Below are positions 15,801-31,540 of a DNA stretch of 64,000 bases, piece after piece. This DNA is from the human T2T-CHM13v2.0 reference genome, Homo sapiens. The DNA lies in NCBI RefSeq assembly GCF_009914755.1, contig NC_060938.1. One strand, given 5' to 3'. Both the position numbers and the translations under genes were made by a program. The first letter of the stretch is position 1. The number at the start of each line of letters is the position of its first letter. Under the pieces are notes generated by a model. That model saw nothing but the letters and a program-made list of their open reading frames with translations, was not told the DNA's origin and did no database searches.

Positions 15801-18800
15801 TGTAATTGCTGTTTTAAGCTCATCTAAGAATGCTACCAAAGTTCCGGTCTATACAGTCTGAACAAAAGCAATTCTTAAAAAGAAAAAGGCAGGAAAGTAT
15901 AACTAGTGTATCAAACTAGACTTTTCATATTTCACATAACTTAGTATACTCAAGTTGACTCTCAAATGAGACTAATTTAGAAATAAATCAGTGAAGCCAT
16001 ATAAATTTCAATGATCTCCCATTTTCCTTAAGAGTGGTGGGATATGAAAACTGCTATTAACTGAAGTTTTGATTCATTCTTTAAATTGCCTGAGACCAAG
16101 ACCAGTTGTGCACTTTGAGTGCTTCACAAAGGTGCTCAACTGAGGGGGCTTTTGGAAATGGAAACTTAGTCTATGTTCCAGTAGCCAATCCTTGTATCCG
16201 TGGAGCCGAGTCTATCCAGAGAAAGAACCTTGCGGCCTTTTTCCAAGTCACACAAAGCCCTGGCAGGCAAGGTCAGGTCTAACTCAGCTCAGATCCTCAA
16301 GGTGTACATAGAACAATAGCAGTTTCCCGAGGAAAGCTCTGGACAATCCACTCATTTCTGAGCAGGCAGCATGGGCACCACTACTACTTGGCTCTCCTGT
16401 GACTGCTCAGCTTTAGCAAAGGTGCCAGTATAAAGATTATAATCAGTGTTTTAGTACCGTCATACATTTGATACTAAATTTGAGGACATAGATTAAAAAA
16501 TCTCATGAAAGCCATGGACATCTTAATACTATGGTACCATCTTTGCGTATTCATACATACATACAAAATTCTGCATGTATTTCAGGAGGCCCAAGGACTA
16601 GAGGATCCATTCCATGGACTCTATGAATCTCAGGTTCAGAAGCCTTGCTTTAAAATTCTACATTAAATGTAATGAAGGAAAAAAAAATGTAGTTTGAATG
16701 AAAGAAATGGCACTAGGAAATGGTGATAGAGTTTGAACATGCTTTGTATAAGGAAAACTCTTCTCTAAAGGGAATTACTCGATATTAAATAACTAAACAT
16801 TATAATTAGCTCAAGAAATATACTTGAAGAGGACAAAGTATAGTACAAAGATGTATAAAGTTATATAAGTTGTTCAGAAAACTAATCCAAGGGATAGTTG
16901 GGAGTCTATTGTAGGGAAAAAACAAAATGCAAAGAATCTGATATTTAGAAATTATATACCTATGTATATACCCATCTCATTAAGAATAGCTGGTTTTATA
17001 CCATTTTAATAAATGGGAGAGAAAGGACTAGCAGTGGCCACACCTTTACCTGGTTTATATTCTCAGATTCTTGTATTTGAAAACACTGGTGTCCAAATTG
17101 AAACAATAAGGTGAGAAATAATCCACTAAAGAAATGGTTAGATTTCTAAAATTTAAGTTTTCCATTATTTTGTTGTCCTTTATAGAAAAAGAATGAACAA
17201 GTCTTGGTTTATGAGTAATTTGCTAAGAATTTTTAAATATTTCAAGGCAACTATATGTAGCCCTACAAATTATAGAACTGGTTTAAGTCACTTCTCTGTC
17301 GTTGTGAAAGGTCTGATGTGGTCAGGGCTGCAAGAGTGTTTTCTGAGTTAAGAAAGGGATGACTTTGTTTATAAGCAACCTCTATCTAGATCACTTCTGA
17401 TTGGGCAATTTTAAACATTCTGAATTGTAGCTAATGGGAAGGTAGGTTTTTCTTGTGCTGAATATTAAGATACAAAGTTGGGATAGAAAGAGTTCTTCTC
17501 TTGACCCATTAATTGAACCACTTTTTGAAAAACTTTTGTCATGATGAGTTTATTGCTAAGAGTTAATTTTACCTGCAGAAAAGAAGCATTCTGAGCTATG
17601 GGGATAACTGATATCTATAGTCATCATTTTTTAAGGTACTTGATACATAATAGGATCTATTGCTTCATTCATAATAGAAAAGCCTACTTAGACATTTGTA
17701 GCTACATTTATATTACAAGGGGTAAAATATAACTTTGGGTAAACTGTTACCTATTTTTCTCTTTCAGTATCAATTGAGAAATATAATTATACAACGCTAT
17801 TTAATTTGCGTAGTTAACTTAAAGGAAAACTTCACTAGTATGAGTTACCTGGAAGATATGTCAATCTGAATTAGTGAAAGTTCTGGAACATAAATTATTT
17901 TTAGTGCATATTGTCCCCTGATCTATGTTTTACAGTGTGAGCAATTAGGTCAGTTTTAATAAATGTGGGAATTATTTTTAATTACACTACAACATTAGCC
18001 TGAAATTCTGGCTTCTGGTTACATTGTATTTCTGCTATTGCTTATAAATGGCTACTTCCAAAGAGAGGAAATATGTTATGTTTGAAGGTAAATGTTTACC
18101 TGAATATGTTTTTTTCACATTATTCTATAATGTGAGGCTGAACTTCAAATGACCTTGAATTATCAATTATTCTGATTTACTGGATCCTTTATTACATTTG
18201 AAGGGTCATCAGTAAGGTGATAAATTGTAATGCCGTGTTCCTAGTTAGAGAGTGTTCAGAAGGATGGGACTAGTTCTTTGTGAAATAGGTAGACCCTAGA
18301 TGGATTTCCCCAGACATACCATCACCGCCCTGCCCCCCACACACACCTGCACACACACTGACATACACCTCAGTATCTAATACTTGAGCATTTCTGAGTG
18401 TTTGCCAATTTAAACCTTTTCCAGTCTCTTCCCTTATTCAAAAATGCCCTTTAATTTTAAAAAGTTATGCCTAGTTGTTACTGGGACTCTTAGCAGATAT
18501 TATTTAAAAAGGGAAGTTATAAATCCTTATCTTTAAAAAATATATAATTTAGGGGAAAAAAGAGTGCAGGTGTATTGTAAACAAAGGATATGTTCAGATG
18601 GCAACATATGAACAACAATAACTTGTAGTAAACCCTGACTAGAAAAGGGTGGCACAGGTTTGCTGATTGTACATGTAGCGATTGAAAAAGTTTTTAAAAA
18701 TTGTATCTTTAAACCTGTGTGTACTGTTAGAAATTATATTCCTAAAGTAATTGCCTCCTTAGAGGAAGATGAATGATACCCTGATCAGGTAGAGAAAGCA

Positions 18801-18939
18801 TATTGGCAGTGGAGTCTGTTGACCCTCTTAGTGGAAGAAATGTCTAAAATTAGGGCCAGAGTTACATTTATGGGATCTGAGCCAACACCATTCATTCCTA
18901 AGCTTACATTATTATGCTTAATATGCCCTAATTTATGTT

Positions 18940-19370
18940 AATGCCCCCAGATCTCTCTCCTGACTTTCATAGGTACTCATCCAATATCCTGTTGTACATG
19001 AAGATCCAGCACTCACCACGGCCTCCATTCCTAAGCTGAACTCTTGAGCTCCCTGCTAAAACCTGTTTTTTCTTCCCTATCTTCTATTTCAGTATATGGC
19101 CAGCACTATTCACCCAGTTTTACAAGCCATAAACTGAGGCATCATTCTTGTAACTCCTGTCCCCCACCATTTTCTCTCATACTCATGTTGCATCAGGCAG
19201 TAATCCTTGGTGATCCTACCTCCTGAGTACTTCTCAGACCTACACAGACCTCTGTTCCCACTACCATGCCAGCTTAGGCCAGCATCATCTCTTGCCTGAA
19301 TCAACCTCTTTTTTTCCCTTCTCCAGTCTTGCCCTCTCCCACAATTCATTCTTCATATGGTCACCTGCCG
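18940..19370. mobile_element. L2 LINE fragment
   Basis: Pyrimidine-rich L2-like sequence (ccccagatctctctcctga..., ggccagcatcatctcttgcctg). Confidence 0.6.
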
Positions 19371-19544
19371 TTGGGACTTTACTGTGGATGTGTTTATGAG
19401 GTTGGTTCCCATCGTGACAGTAGGCAAAAATTAGCTAGGGATAGAACAGAGTACACAAGTAAGGATTGATTTTGAATAGAAAAACTAGGGAGAAAGGGGG
19501 AAGCCTTGGAGAAAACTGCCTTGCCACACAGAACCATATCCATA

Positions 19545-19775
19545 GTGATTAAGACTTCTGACTCATAGAACACCTGGGTTCAAATCATGGCTCTTTTGTT
19601 AGTTGTGTGGCTGTGAGATCTTTGCTTACTATTTAGAACCTTGGCTTCTTCATCTGTTAGAGGTAGATGAAAATAGTAACTCATTCATATAGAGCTGCTT
19701 ACCGGACTAAGTAAATAATCATGTGAAGTACCTGGCATATAGTAAGTGCCCAGTAAATGTTAACTGTTTGTATTA
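19545..19775. mobile_element. MIR
   Basis: cctgggttcaaatc...cttcatctgt...acctggcatatagtaagtgcccagtaaatgtt. Confidence 0.75.
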
Positions 19776-20206
19776 TTTTTATTGGAGTGCCGCCTAGGAA
19801 TAAGAGAGTTAAGACAACATCATGAGACCCCTGAGTAGCGAAATAGGAAGGATGCAGGCATATAATGAAGCTGCTATTGCCAGCATAGCTAGGAATGGGA
19901 ATGGAAGTGGGAAGAGGGGAAGGAAGACACTGACTATGTGAACAAGTGGCTGCTGAAGACAGCAGTTGTCATGCACTTACAGATTTTTCTAAGATAGGCT
20001 CCAATTTAAACCAAAACAGAGAAAATTACCTTAATTATTTAGAAGTTTCTGGTTCTGCCTCAAAAATCTTATTTACCAAGGTAACTGCTTAAGTTCTCCA
20101 CTTTTTTATTTGTGTTAACACAAGGGTTTTTTTGCATGGAGAACTATTACCTTACAGTATAGCAGTCTGCAGGCATTTAGTAAGTGTCTGGTTCCTTTAT
20201 TTGCAG

Positions 20207-20245
20207 ATGGGCATGGTTTTCTACTAAAGTTGGTGGTGACTAGTG
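20207..20245 (+). other. Candidate 39-nt frame-preserving cassette exon
   Basis: ttcctttatttgcag|ATGGG...AGTG|gtaagt; open only in phase 1 (xGHGFLLKLVVTSx). Confidence 0.2.
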
Positions 20246-23200
20246 GTAAGTTTATAAGGAATTTAAGTTAAAAGAAAAGTATACATACCAATACCTTATG
20301 AGGAATGTGTTTTGTGAATGAAAATTCAGGTAAAGTATTGGGAATATGGTGTGACTTCTGCATGCCCTGATTCAGTGGTCCTGCAAACCAGGCTCTCATG
20401 ACAAATAGATGTTCCCACCTGGGGACCGGCCATAGTCAGTAGAAGCCCTGACCCTTCTACTTTCCCAAGAGCTTTGGTGGTCTCAGAGCCCACTGTCCTC
20501 ACCCTCTTGTCTGTGTCAAGAGCTCACCTGAAAGTCAATGGACATGGAAGCTCTGCCATTGCATCATGTAGACTTACTATCAACCTTCATGTGCTGTTCT
20601 GTATATTATTTCTGGCTTACTTAAGTGGTGTTACTGCTGAGCTGAATTTATTCTACATATTTAGGCTTTTACAAGCTTTGGTGTCCTTGAGGTTAAAGGT
20701 CCTAAGTACCATTTATAGCGATGATCCAGTTGTAGAAAATAGCGTCCTTGAAGATATTGCCAAAGAGCAATTGGCAAGATTTATTTGCACTGTGAAATTT
20801 TAATTGCCTCAGCTTTAGACTTTCAACTTTTATTTTGAGGTCAGTGCTACTCAGTCATAGAGGAGCAGCACTTTGGCTGTGTTGAGAGTGATTGGGTAAT
20901 AATGAAGGGTGTTGGAACAGCTTCACCTAGAGATTAGCTAAAGCATATGTGTGCAGAAGCACAGGATGACTTTGTCCGGAGATTGTGTCTTCCAGAGAGG
21001 AGGAATATGAATGATAAGATTTAGGCTTCTTTTAAGAGAGGCCATGCCTTTTGAGTTCAGTGAGGGTAGAGCTGCAGCAAGAAAAGCACTGGGTAGGTAG
21101 CTCATGTGTGGCAGAAAGGAGGAAGGGATATACCATTAAAGGAAAAGGGGGAAAAATACAACTTCCAGAATCTTAAATATGCTGTTGACAAAAAGAGCTC
21201 ACGTTTACCCCTAAAAGCTTATGGCGTCTGGCTTCAATAGGGAACATGAAAGGAGAAAGGCAGAACTACAGAATGCTGTAAAAAAAATCTGTATGGGTAT
21301 CAGCTACATTGCAGACTCACTATAATGTAGACTATTGCATCTCCCTGTGTGCTGAGTTCATTTCTGTAAATAACAAAAGGACCTTGTTCTAACACCTTCA
21401 CTTATAACAAGGTCCTTGAGTATAAAGTAGAGTTGAGCATTGCAGTATGGCTTTAGTACCATTCCACACATTTATTGAAGGGTTGTCATGATTTTTAAAA
21501 GTCTTGTTCTTATTTTCTTTTCATGCTGCTTCTATTTCAAAGGATGATTTCATTTCAGTTCATGTGGGTAAAAGTCCGTAAGTTACTACATTTGTGATTA
21601 ATTCTGAGAATCCTCTTCAACTACACTGTAGTGAGTTGTAGAAATTTTATATATAGTGAACTTGTCAAAAAGAAACTACAAATTTCTTCTGTGGCTTTTT
21701 ATTTTTAAAAACTACTGAGCATTTTAGTGAAAACATCTTACATTCAGAGAACATGTGAAATAAAAGTGTATTAGCCAGAGGCCAAAATGGAACATTAGTG
21801 GCTTGTGTGCCTGTACTGACGTAGTGTTGGATGCCAGTTGGCCAGACATGGGAACATTTAGATTTTGTTTCTGAGAGGAAGCAGTGCATAGCCGTAAGCC
21901 ACATTAAGTTCATTAGGTGCAATTGCTACATCACACAGTTAATATAGTGAGAGAAATAAACTCTTCAGTGACTCAATTCTAGTGGCACCAATTTTAACCA
22001 ATTTGTCAGACAATTGAGTATGTTCTGCATTTAGTATGGATTTAAAAAAATATGGTGCCCATTTTCATGTTTGGTTTGTTTGGCTTTCCAGACATAGTTC
22101 AGTTTATGAAGAAGCAGCTATTCACTAAGCAAGTCAGCATTGATAATGGGGGTTGCGTTTGTTGCTGATGTGTAAGGAAGGTTTTACTAGCCAACATAGG
22201 AATTTTGGAATATATCTAGGAGAGGGTTCATGATGTGGGAAAGCATCTACTATATCTTGGAGAAGTGTGTATATATATTTGCTTCCAGTAATCCATAGGT
22301 TTGTATAAAAGATGTAAAGGTTAAAAATCACCAAACATACATCACACAAATTGGATTATAGTCATGTTTGTTAAATGCTGAGATTCAAATTTGTAGTTAT
22401 TTATGCAAATGATCACATTAAACATATAACCAAGTGACGCTTTGCTCTGTCACTTAATATATTTCTTCCAAGGAGCATCAAACTTTATCTTCAAAAAGCC
22501 TGAAGTATGACCTATTCACTCCATTTTAAAGATGAGAAAACTGAGTAAGATAAATGTGGTAAGAAATGGAGCAAGAACTACTATGATGGTGGCTGCTCCT
22601 ATGATCTGCATTTTCTGCTTTTCTGCCTTTTTTTCTGTAAGTTTACATTTATGACTTCAAAGCGTCATTTTCAGTTCTCAACCTACCTCCAGGTTTCAAA
22701 CTGTATATCCAGCTACTTATTTGTTATCTCTACCTAGTTTTAACTAAATCTTTAAATTAGATTACATGGGCTACTAAAGCACAGCAAAAACTACTCCTTG
22801 TTACAATGAGTCATGCAGTATTAGATAAATATGCAGATGTGTTACAGGACCAGGCAATAGCTAATGTTAATCAGTCCCAAATTAGTGCTAGTTGCAACAA
22901 TTTGGTGTTATGTTCATAATTCAGGCATACATATCGAACATATATCGTTATTTAGGAAAAAAAAAGATCAAAACTATGCTCCTGAAACAACAAAAACAAA
23001 AATCTTAGTTAAAAAATGTCTGGTAATGGCATGGATAAGATTGATGGGTTGACATGGCTGATGTCTTTCAGAATTATTCCCACAGGAGTTATTTAAAAGA
23101 CTGAAGCTTAGATGAGGAGAAATGTCTGTTGCTTCTTCCCTGGAAGCTTGGATATCAAAGATATATTGACTCTTTTGACTGTGATTTTGGAATAGTTACA

Positions 23201-24444
23201 TGAAACAAACTCAACCAAACATGAATACCAGCTTTCTGTAAGTGCAGTGCTTCTTAGAAATAGGAAGGCCTAGACTGAATGACCTCCTTATGTCCTTGCT
23301 GTGATCAAAGCTCCAAATTCTTAGGAATGTGTTTCTTTATACTAATAAACCACAAATTCATCCAATATAGACTTTTCCTTCCTTTTTGCAAAATCTTGGA
23401 AATTATTTTGTAAGATAAACTAATTTTAATTTCTAAAGCTGATGGACATTATTTTGAGAAGAAAAGAAGTATGTTCTTACCTCTAGTTTATGGATTAACT
23501 CTCAGTATTGTCCCAAATATAGTAGCAGCAATTCAAAAGATGTCTTTGTTTCCACTTAACCTGCTATTAAATGCCACCTTCTCCATTGTTTTAATTCAGT
23601 TTGAGTTTATCCCAGGTTTGTGAGTCAAGCTGATCCTAAACTGGACTAGAGTAAAATTTTCAAAATTGCTATCAAAATTTTTTGTGAATCAGAATACATT
23701 GATAAATTAAAGGAGAAGCAAATCATTATCCCAACAAAGTGGTTGACTAATCAGTTGAACTTTTGAAAAGTTGTGAATGAGACCACCTTAGTCTTCCACT
23801 GGAGCCCTGCTCTTAAATGAGGAGAAAAGCTGTTATCTTTAAGTACAAGCTAATGAGAAACAATAATCTATAATTTTAAAAGATCACTTTATTTCCAGAA
23901 CATAATTCGAAGAGGCAGATATTAATGATCTACTTACCGCAGAACTGATGCACGGGAAGTCTAAACAACTTGTCTTGGTTCATACTATAAATTATGATAA
24001 AACCAAGAACACCACATGATTTCCTAGTGTTTCAATTCTGAATGCTGCTAGACAGATGGATTTCTCCCTTAACACTATGAATATAATGAATATCTTACAG
24101 TGACACATCTGAAAATAGGTATGTGTGTGTGCATGTGTTGGTTTGTTTGTACTTGCATTTACTTTTAGGATTGGGTTGGGGGACCATGGACTATTGCTTC
24201 CCTTTGAGTGTCACTGGCTGTTGTATTCTCACTTTTTCTGTGTCTTCCACTTAGAATAAAGGCTGCTGGGTAGGTGCTCCCTATTTATCAGGATGCAGCT
24301 GTGCATTTAACCAGACCCTTCTCTTGAGCTGAACTCTCTATCCTGGGTTCTTGTGACTTCTTTCTTGGTATCACAGGGCTAGGTAATCCAAAGATTAAGT
24401 CTGATCTTTGGGGCTTTATGCTCTGTAAAACAATATATTTTCTT

Positions 24445-24890
24445 TTTTCCCCTAATTTTTATTTTAGAATCAGGGAGTACATGTGCAAGTTTTGTCACAA
24501 AGGTATATTGCATGGTGCTGAGGTTTGGAGTACAAATGAATTCATCACCCAGGCAGGGTAGTGAGCATAGTACTCAACAGGCGGTTTTTCAACCCTTACC
24601 CTCTTCCTGTCTCCCCTGTCTAGTAGTTCCCAGTGTCTGTTGTTCCCATCTTTATGTCCACGTATACCCAATGTTTAGCTCCCACAGATAATTGAGAATA
24701 TGCAGTATTTGGTTTTCTGTGTCTGCTTTAGTTTGCCTAGGATATTGGCTTCTAGCTGCATCCATGTTGCAGCAAAAGACACAATTTTATTCTATTTTAT
24801 GGCTGTGTAGTATTCCATGGTGTGTATGTACCACATTTTCTTTATACAGTCCACCATTGATGGGCACCAGGGTTGATTTTATGTCTTTAA
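24445..24890 (-). mobile_element. Older primate L1 3' end (L1PA13-16/L1PB-like)
   Basis: Reverse L1 3'UTR (gggagtacatgtgcaag...tattccatggtgtgtatgtaccacattttc); flanking atattttct repeats. Confidence 0.85.
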
Positions 24891-25395
24891 ATATGTGCTG
24901 CAATGAGAAAAAACATATTTTCTACAAAATGATAGAAGTTTAAAAGGACAAGTTTATGGGTTAGCTAATTGGCTTCCCATTTTATTCTCTAATTCTCTTA
25001 TATTGACACTTCTTGAGATTTAATGTTGTTTGCCAGGAACATGGTACTGGTATTGTGTTGGTAAACAGTAAGCGGTAGAAACAATGGTGATAACATAGAT
25101 TCATACACAATGTGCTTTTAATTCTTTGAAAAAATAGAATAAATTCAGGAGTGAATTGCTTTGTAAGTTGTTATTTTTAAAACTTACCTGCAATGAAAGA
25201 GGACTGTCCTCCTCGCAGAACTAGAGAAGGGTGACAAGCCATCTCCCTATTCACTGATTGGATTCCCAGTGCTACTAGTTTTGTGTTACTGAAAATCACT
25301 TGAGATAATTCTGTTCTATGTGCAAAAAAGCAAAAAAGTAGAATTTAGAAATCCAGGCCTGCTAATAGCTATTAGCCATCTATTTATTGTTCTGA

Positions 25396-25672
<277 letters not shown>

Positions 25673-26469
25673 AAATAACAAAAAGTCCATTTTAGGCAAG
25701 CATTATGACTGTATCATATCCAAATGAACTATTGAATTATGAAATAGATGCTGTGAGTTTTGTCTTAAGAAGCAAATGCATTTTAGAATCTGCTGTGACA
25801 AATCAATATCAAAATGTGTACAAAATTACAAGAACAAATAGAATGTTGTTTTTGACTGGTTTGTTTATATTGAAACTATATTATTTTATGTGAAGTATGT
25901 GTAATAGAGCATTAGATTTGAAAACTCTGTGTTGAATATCATTTCTGACAGCCTTTTTTAGGGTCACTAAAATTCCAATAATTCAGTCTAGAATTGAAGT
26001 CGATTCCAGAGAAAAATTTAATATAGTCTGCTTGCCTGCCAGCTTCAACATAGTTTCAGAGCATTGAAATGGTTTGACACATTGAAATATAAAGTGCATT
26101 TGTCATATCTATTGGTGGAGTATTTTATGTGATCGCATCTAACAAAGATCAAGTTAGAGTAAAACTTATACTGTTTTTTATGTGTTTGTGAAGAAGATTT
26201 TGTTTTATCTTGTTTTCTTTACAGTCCTGATTTGATTTATTGCAAAGTCCAATAAACTATTCCTAGTAATAATAAAGAAACACGTTGCCTGAAACAATTT
26301 TGAAATGTAGTGGAACATCTCTATATTACCACAATCATTTGCCATTTCAAAGATCCATGTGAATTCAGGATTGTGTCACAGAAGGGGTACTTTCTAAACT
26401 GAGCATGAGGTTAGAATACAGTGTCAAATTCTGATTCCAGCAAATAGAAATTGTGTAATTAGAGGAAAA

Positions 26470-26620
26470 CTTTTAAATCTTTGAACCTCAGTTTTCTCAC
26501 CTGTAAAATGGGGGTGATACTACTAAGCTTACAGGGTTTTTTGGTTCATTTTGGTTTTTTGTTTTGGCAAAAATTTATGTTATGTGTATAACCCTAGCTC
26601 AATGCCTACCACCTAGCAGA
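26470..26620. mobile_element. MIR fragment
   Basis: aacctcagttttctcacctgtaaaatgggg. Confidence 0.65.
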
Positions 26621-27011
26621 TATTCTCTAAAATCCTGTTTTACATTTTTATAGCTTCTGGGGATTACATTTCATAGAATGAAATCTGCAGTATATCCAAG
26701 TATTAGCATGCTGGGAAATACTGACTCAAGTGTAGTTTACATCTTTGGTAAAATACTGCATTTGATATTGCAAAATTAATGTAATTTTTCTAGTATATAT
26801 TCAGTCCTGCATGTTTGTTTATATGTTTGAGCAATTTGGGGCTTCTTGTGGTGAGAGTATAATGATAAAGTTGATTTTGTCTCAGATACCGTATTGAGCA
26901 CAGATTAAACTGGAATGGACTTTAGCATTGTTTAGCAATACTGTTTATGTTTTTCATTTTTACATGTATACAGCCTTATACACGTTACCTCTTATCTGTA
27001 ATTTGCATGTC

Positions 27012-27158
27012 TTTTTTTTTTTTTTTTTTTTTTTTTTTGAGACAAGGTCTCTCTCTGGCTCCCAGGCTGGAGTGCACTTCACTGCAAACTCTGCCTCCTG
27101 GGCTTAAACGATCCTCCCACCTCAGCCTCCTGAGTAGCTGGGACTATAGGTGGATGCC
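27012..27158 (-). mobile_element. AluJ-type right-arm fragment with internal deletion
   Basis: T tail then gagacaaggtctc...cgatcctcccacctcagcctcc. Confidence 0.85.
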
Positions 27159-27814
27159 AATTTTAATATTTATAAATACAAGCAGATGAACATTTAAGTA
27201 CAACTCTAACACCAGTTCCTTATACGAAGGCTATTTCTGTGTCCTGGCCGAGAGCTCTCTGTAATAGTATTTTGCTGATATATTTATAACATATTACGTT
27301 GAGTGACAAATTCAGTTTAACAGAAATGATTTTAAGACCCTAATCACTTAACATTCAATTCATTTAATAAATATGTTATTATTTGAATACTTGAGATATT
27401 AAATATTCTTAATATTTAGACTGTACATGTTTACATATGACTGATCTTTTATGATCTGCCTGTATAAAATGATTTGACAGGGTTTTAAATTTAATATGCA
27501 ATGAGTAACCATTTTCCAAAGAGTGTTCTACTGAACTCAAGTTCCACAGTATTAAAAAGTTATTTAAAAGAAGGTTTCCAGGCTGAAGTAAGTTTAGAAA
27601 ACATTGGTTAAACAGTTTTTACAATAGGACTTCTTAAAGCATTTAATTTTCTCATTGCTGAATTTTCACAGTAGTAGTCTGTGGGAGTTCTGTGATACGC
27701 TGTTTTACTAACTTTTTGAACACAAAAACCTTTTCAATTTTTTAAGGGTACCTTACAGTACTAATAATCCTTAGAATATACTTTGGGAAATGCAAGCTTA
27801 AATGGAATGTGCAA

Positions 27815-27955
27815 AGTTTGAATTTACTTTGCATCATTAAAAAATACATTGTTGAAGACCTGCACAGTTCCTAACTTTTTAATGCTATTCAGCACAACAT
27901 TTTTTCCTACTACTTCCTGGGATTCATATGTTGAAAGGCATTTGAAACCAAATGC
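27815..27955 (+). repeat. ~140-bp direct duplication, copy 1 (copy 2 is split: 28789-28848 and 31542-31629)
   Basis: agtttgaatttactttgcatcatt...gaagacctgcacagttcct and ttcagcacaacatt...cttcctgggattca...aaaccaaatgc occur in both copies. Confidence 0.92.
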
Positions 27956-27962
27956 GCATTTC

Positions 27963-28579
27963 TATATCTCTAGGTTCAGTCAGGGGACGGGAACCACAAC
28001 AGCTAGTTGAACCCGGAGAGTTTAATATAAAGAATTGCTAACTAGGTTTTATGTTGTTAACTATTAATAGTAACTGAAAGGGTAAAATGAGACTGCTGAC
28101 ATAGCAGTTGTGGGAAGCAGGCACTACCCACAGGACTGCCTGAAACAAGAGCGAGGTTGGGATGGAGGGAGCTAAAACTGACAGATGGAGAGGAGAGACC
28201 CCTGTGAGGCTGAACCTCAGACCTCTGAAGAGCGACTTTGGCCAGTTTGTCTCTGAAGAGGAGAGGGATGAGGCTGATCCTGCAAGTGCTGGAAAAACTG
28301 CAAACTGAATTCAGCTGCTGCCCTTGGAAGGCTCTGCCACTGTTGGGGAGAAGAAACTGCTGGGGTGATACTCACTGAGCCAGGCAGAAAGCCTGAAGGG
28401 AGCAAGGCCCTTCTTCCTGTTAGCCATGCAGTCTCTTTGAATGTCCCCCTACAGCAGAGCCTAACAGGGAGCCGCTCACTGGGCCCAGAGGCAGTTGGCC
28501 AAGTCTCAGCCCCAGCATCTAGGGTAGAGCGTAGAACGGTGATTTTGAGGCTGATAACAATAGCTTAATAACTGGCACA
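27963..28579 (-). mobile_element. Solo ERVL-class LTR (LTR41/LTR52-like)
   Basis: - strand begins TGTGCCAGTTATTAAGCTATTG and ends near ctgactgaacctag; about 620 bp, GC-richer than flanks. Confidence 0.65.
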
Positions 28580-28864
28580 GTTGCTTTATAAGAATCCAGG
28601 CTTTTACAAAGAAGAAGCTGGAATTATTTAAAAAATAGCCCTATTATCATATTGGATTAAATTTGCTACAGTAATTCACAAAGCAAACCAACTCACTTTA
28701 TAATTTATATCCCCAGGAACTCTATTCCATTGTTGCCTTAATATTCCATTATTAATGTGCAGGTTTCCCAAAATAAAAGAGATGTGTTAGTTTGAATTTA
28801 CTTTGCATCATTTAAAAAAATACATTATTGAAGACCTGCACAGTTCCTTAAATTTTCTTTTTTT

Positions 28865-31239
<2,375 letters not shown>

Positions 31240-31254
31240 AAATTTTCTTTTTTT

Positions 31255-31540
31255 AATTGAGACAGAGTCTTGCTCTATTGGCCGGGCTGGAGTGCAGTGG
31301 CACGATCTTGACTTGCTGCAACCTCTGCCTCCTGGGTTCATGCAATTCTTGTGACTCAGCCTCCCGAGTAACTGGGATTACAGGCTGGTGCTACCAAATG
31401 TGGCTAATTTTTGTATTTTTAGTAGAGATGGGTTTTTGCCATGTTGGCCAGGTTGGTGTCAAACTCCTGGCCTCAATGATCCACCCCCCTTTGGCCTCCC
31501 ACATTGCTGGGATTATAGGCGTGAACTACCATGCCCAGCC
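31255..31540 (-). mobile_element. Diverged Alu (AluJ/old AluS)
   Basis: Reverse Alu dimer; TSD core agttcct at 28842 and 31542, now separated by the L1. Confidence 0.92.

Noticed and set aside
17541-17594. C/D-box-like pair (ATGATGA...CTGA)
   Set aside because: Short, with no convincing terminal stem or recognisable guide sequence
20474-20803. 109-aa + strand ORF
   Set aside because: Non-ATG start, no recognisable domain and no exon boundaries
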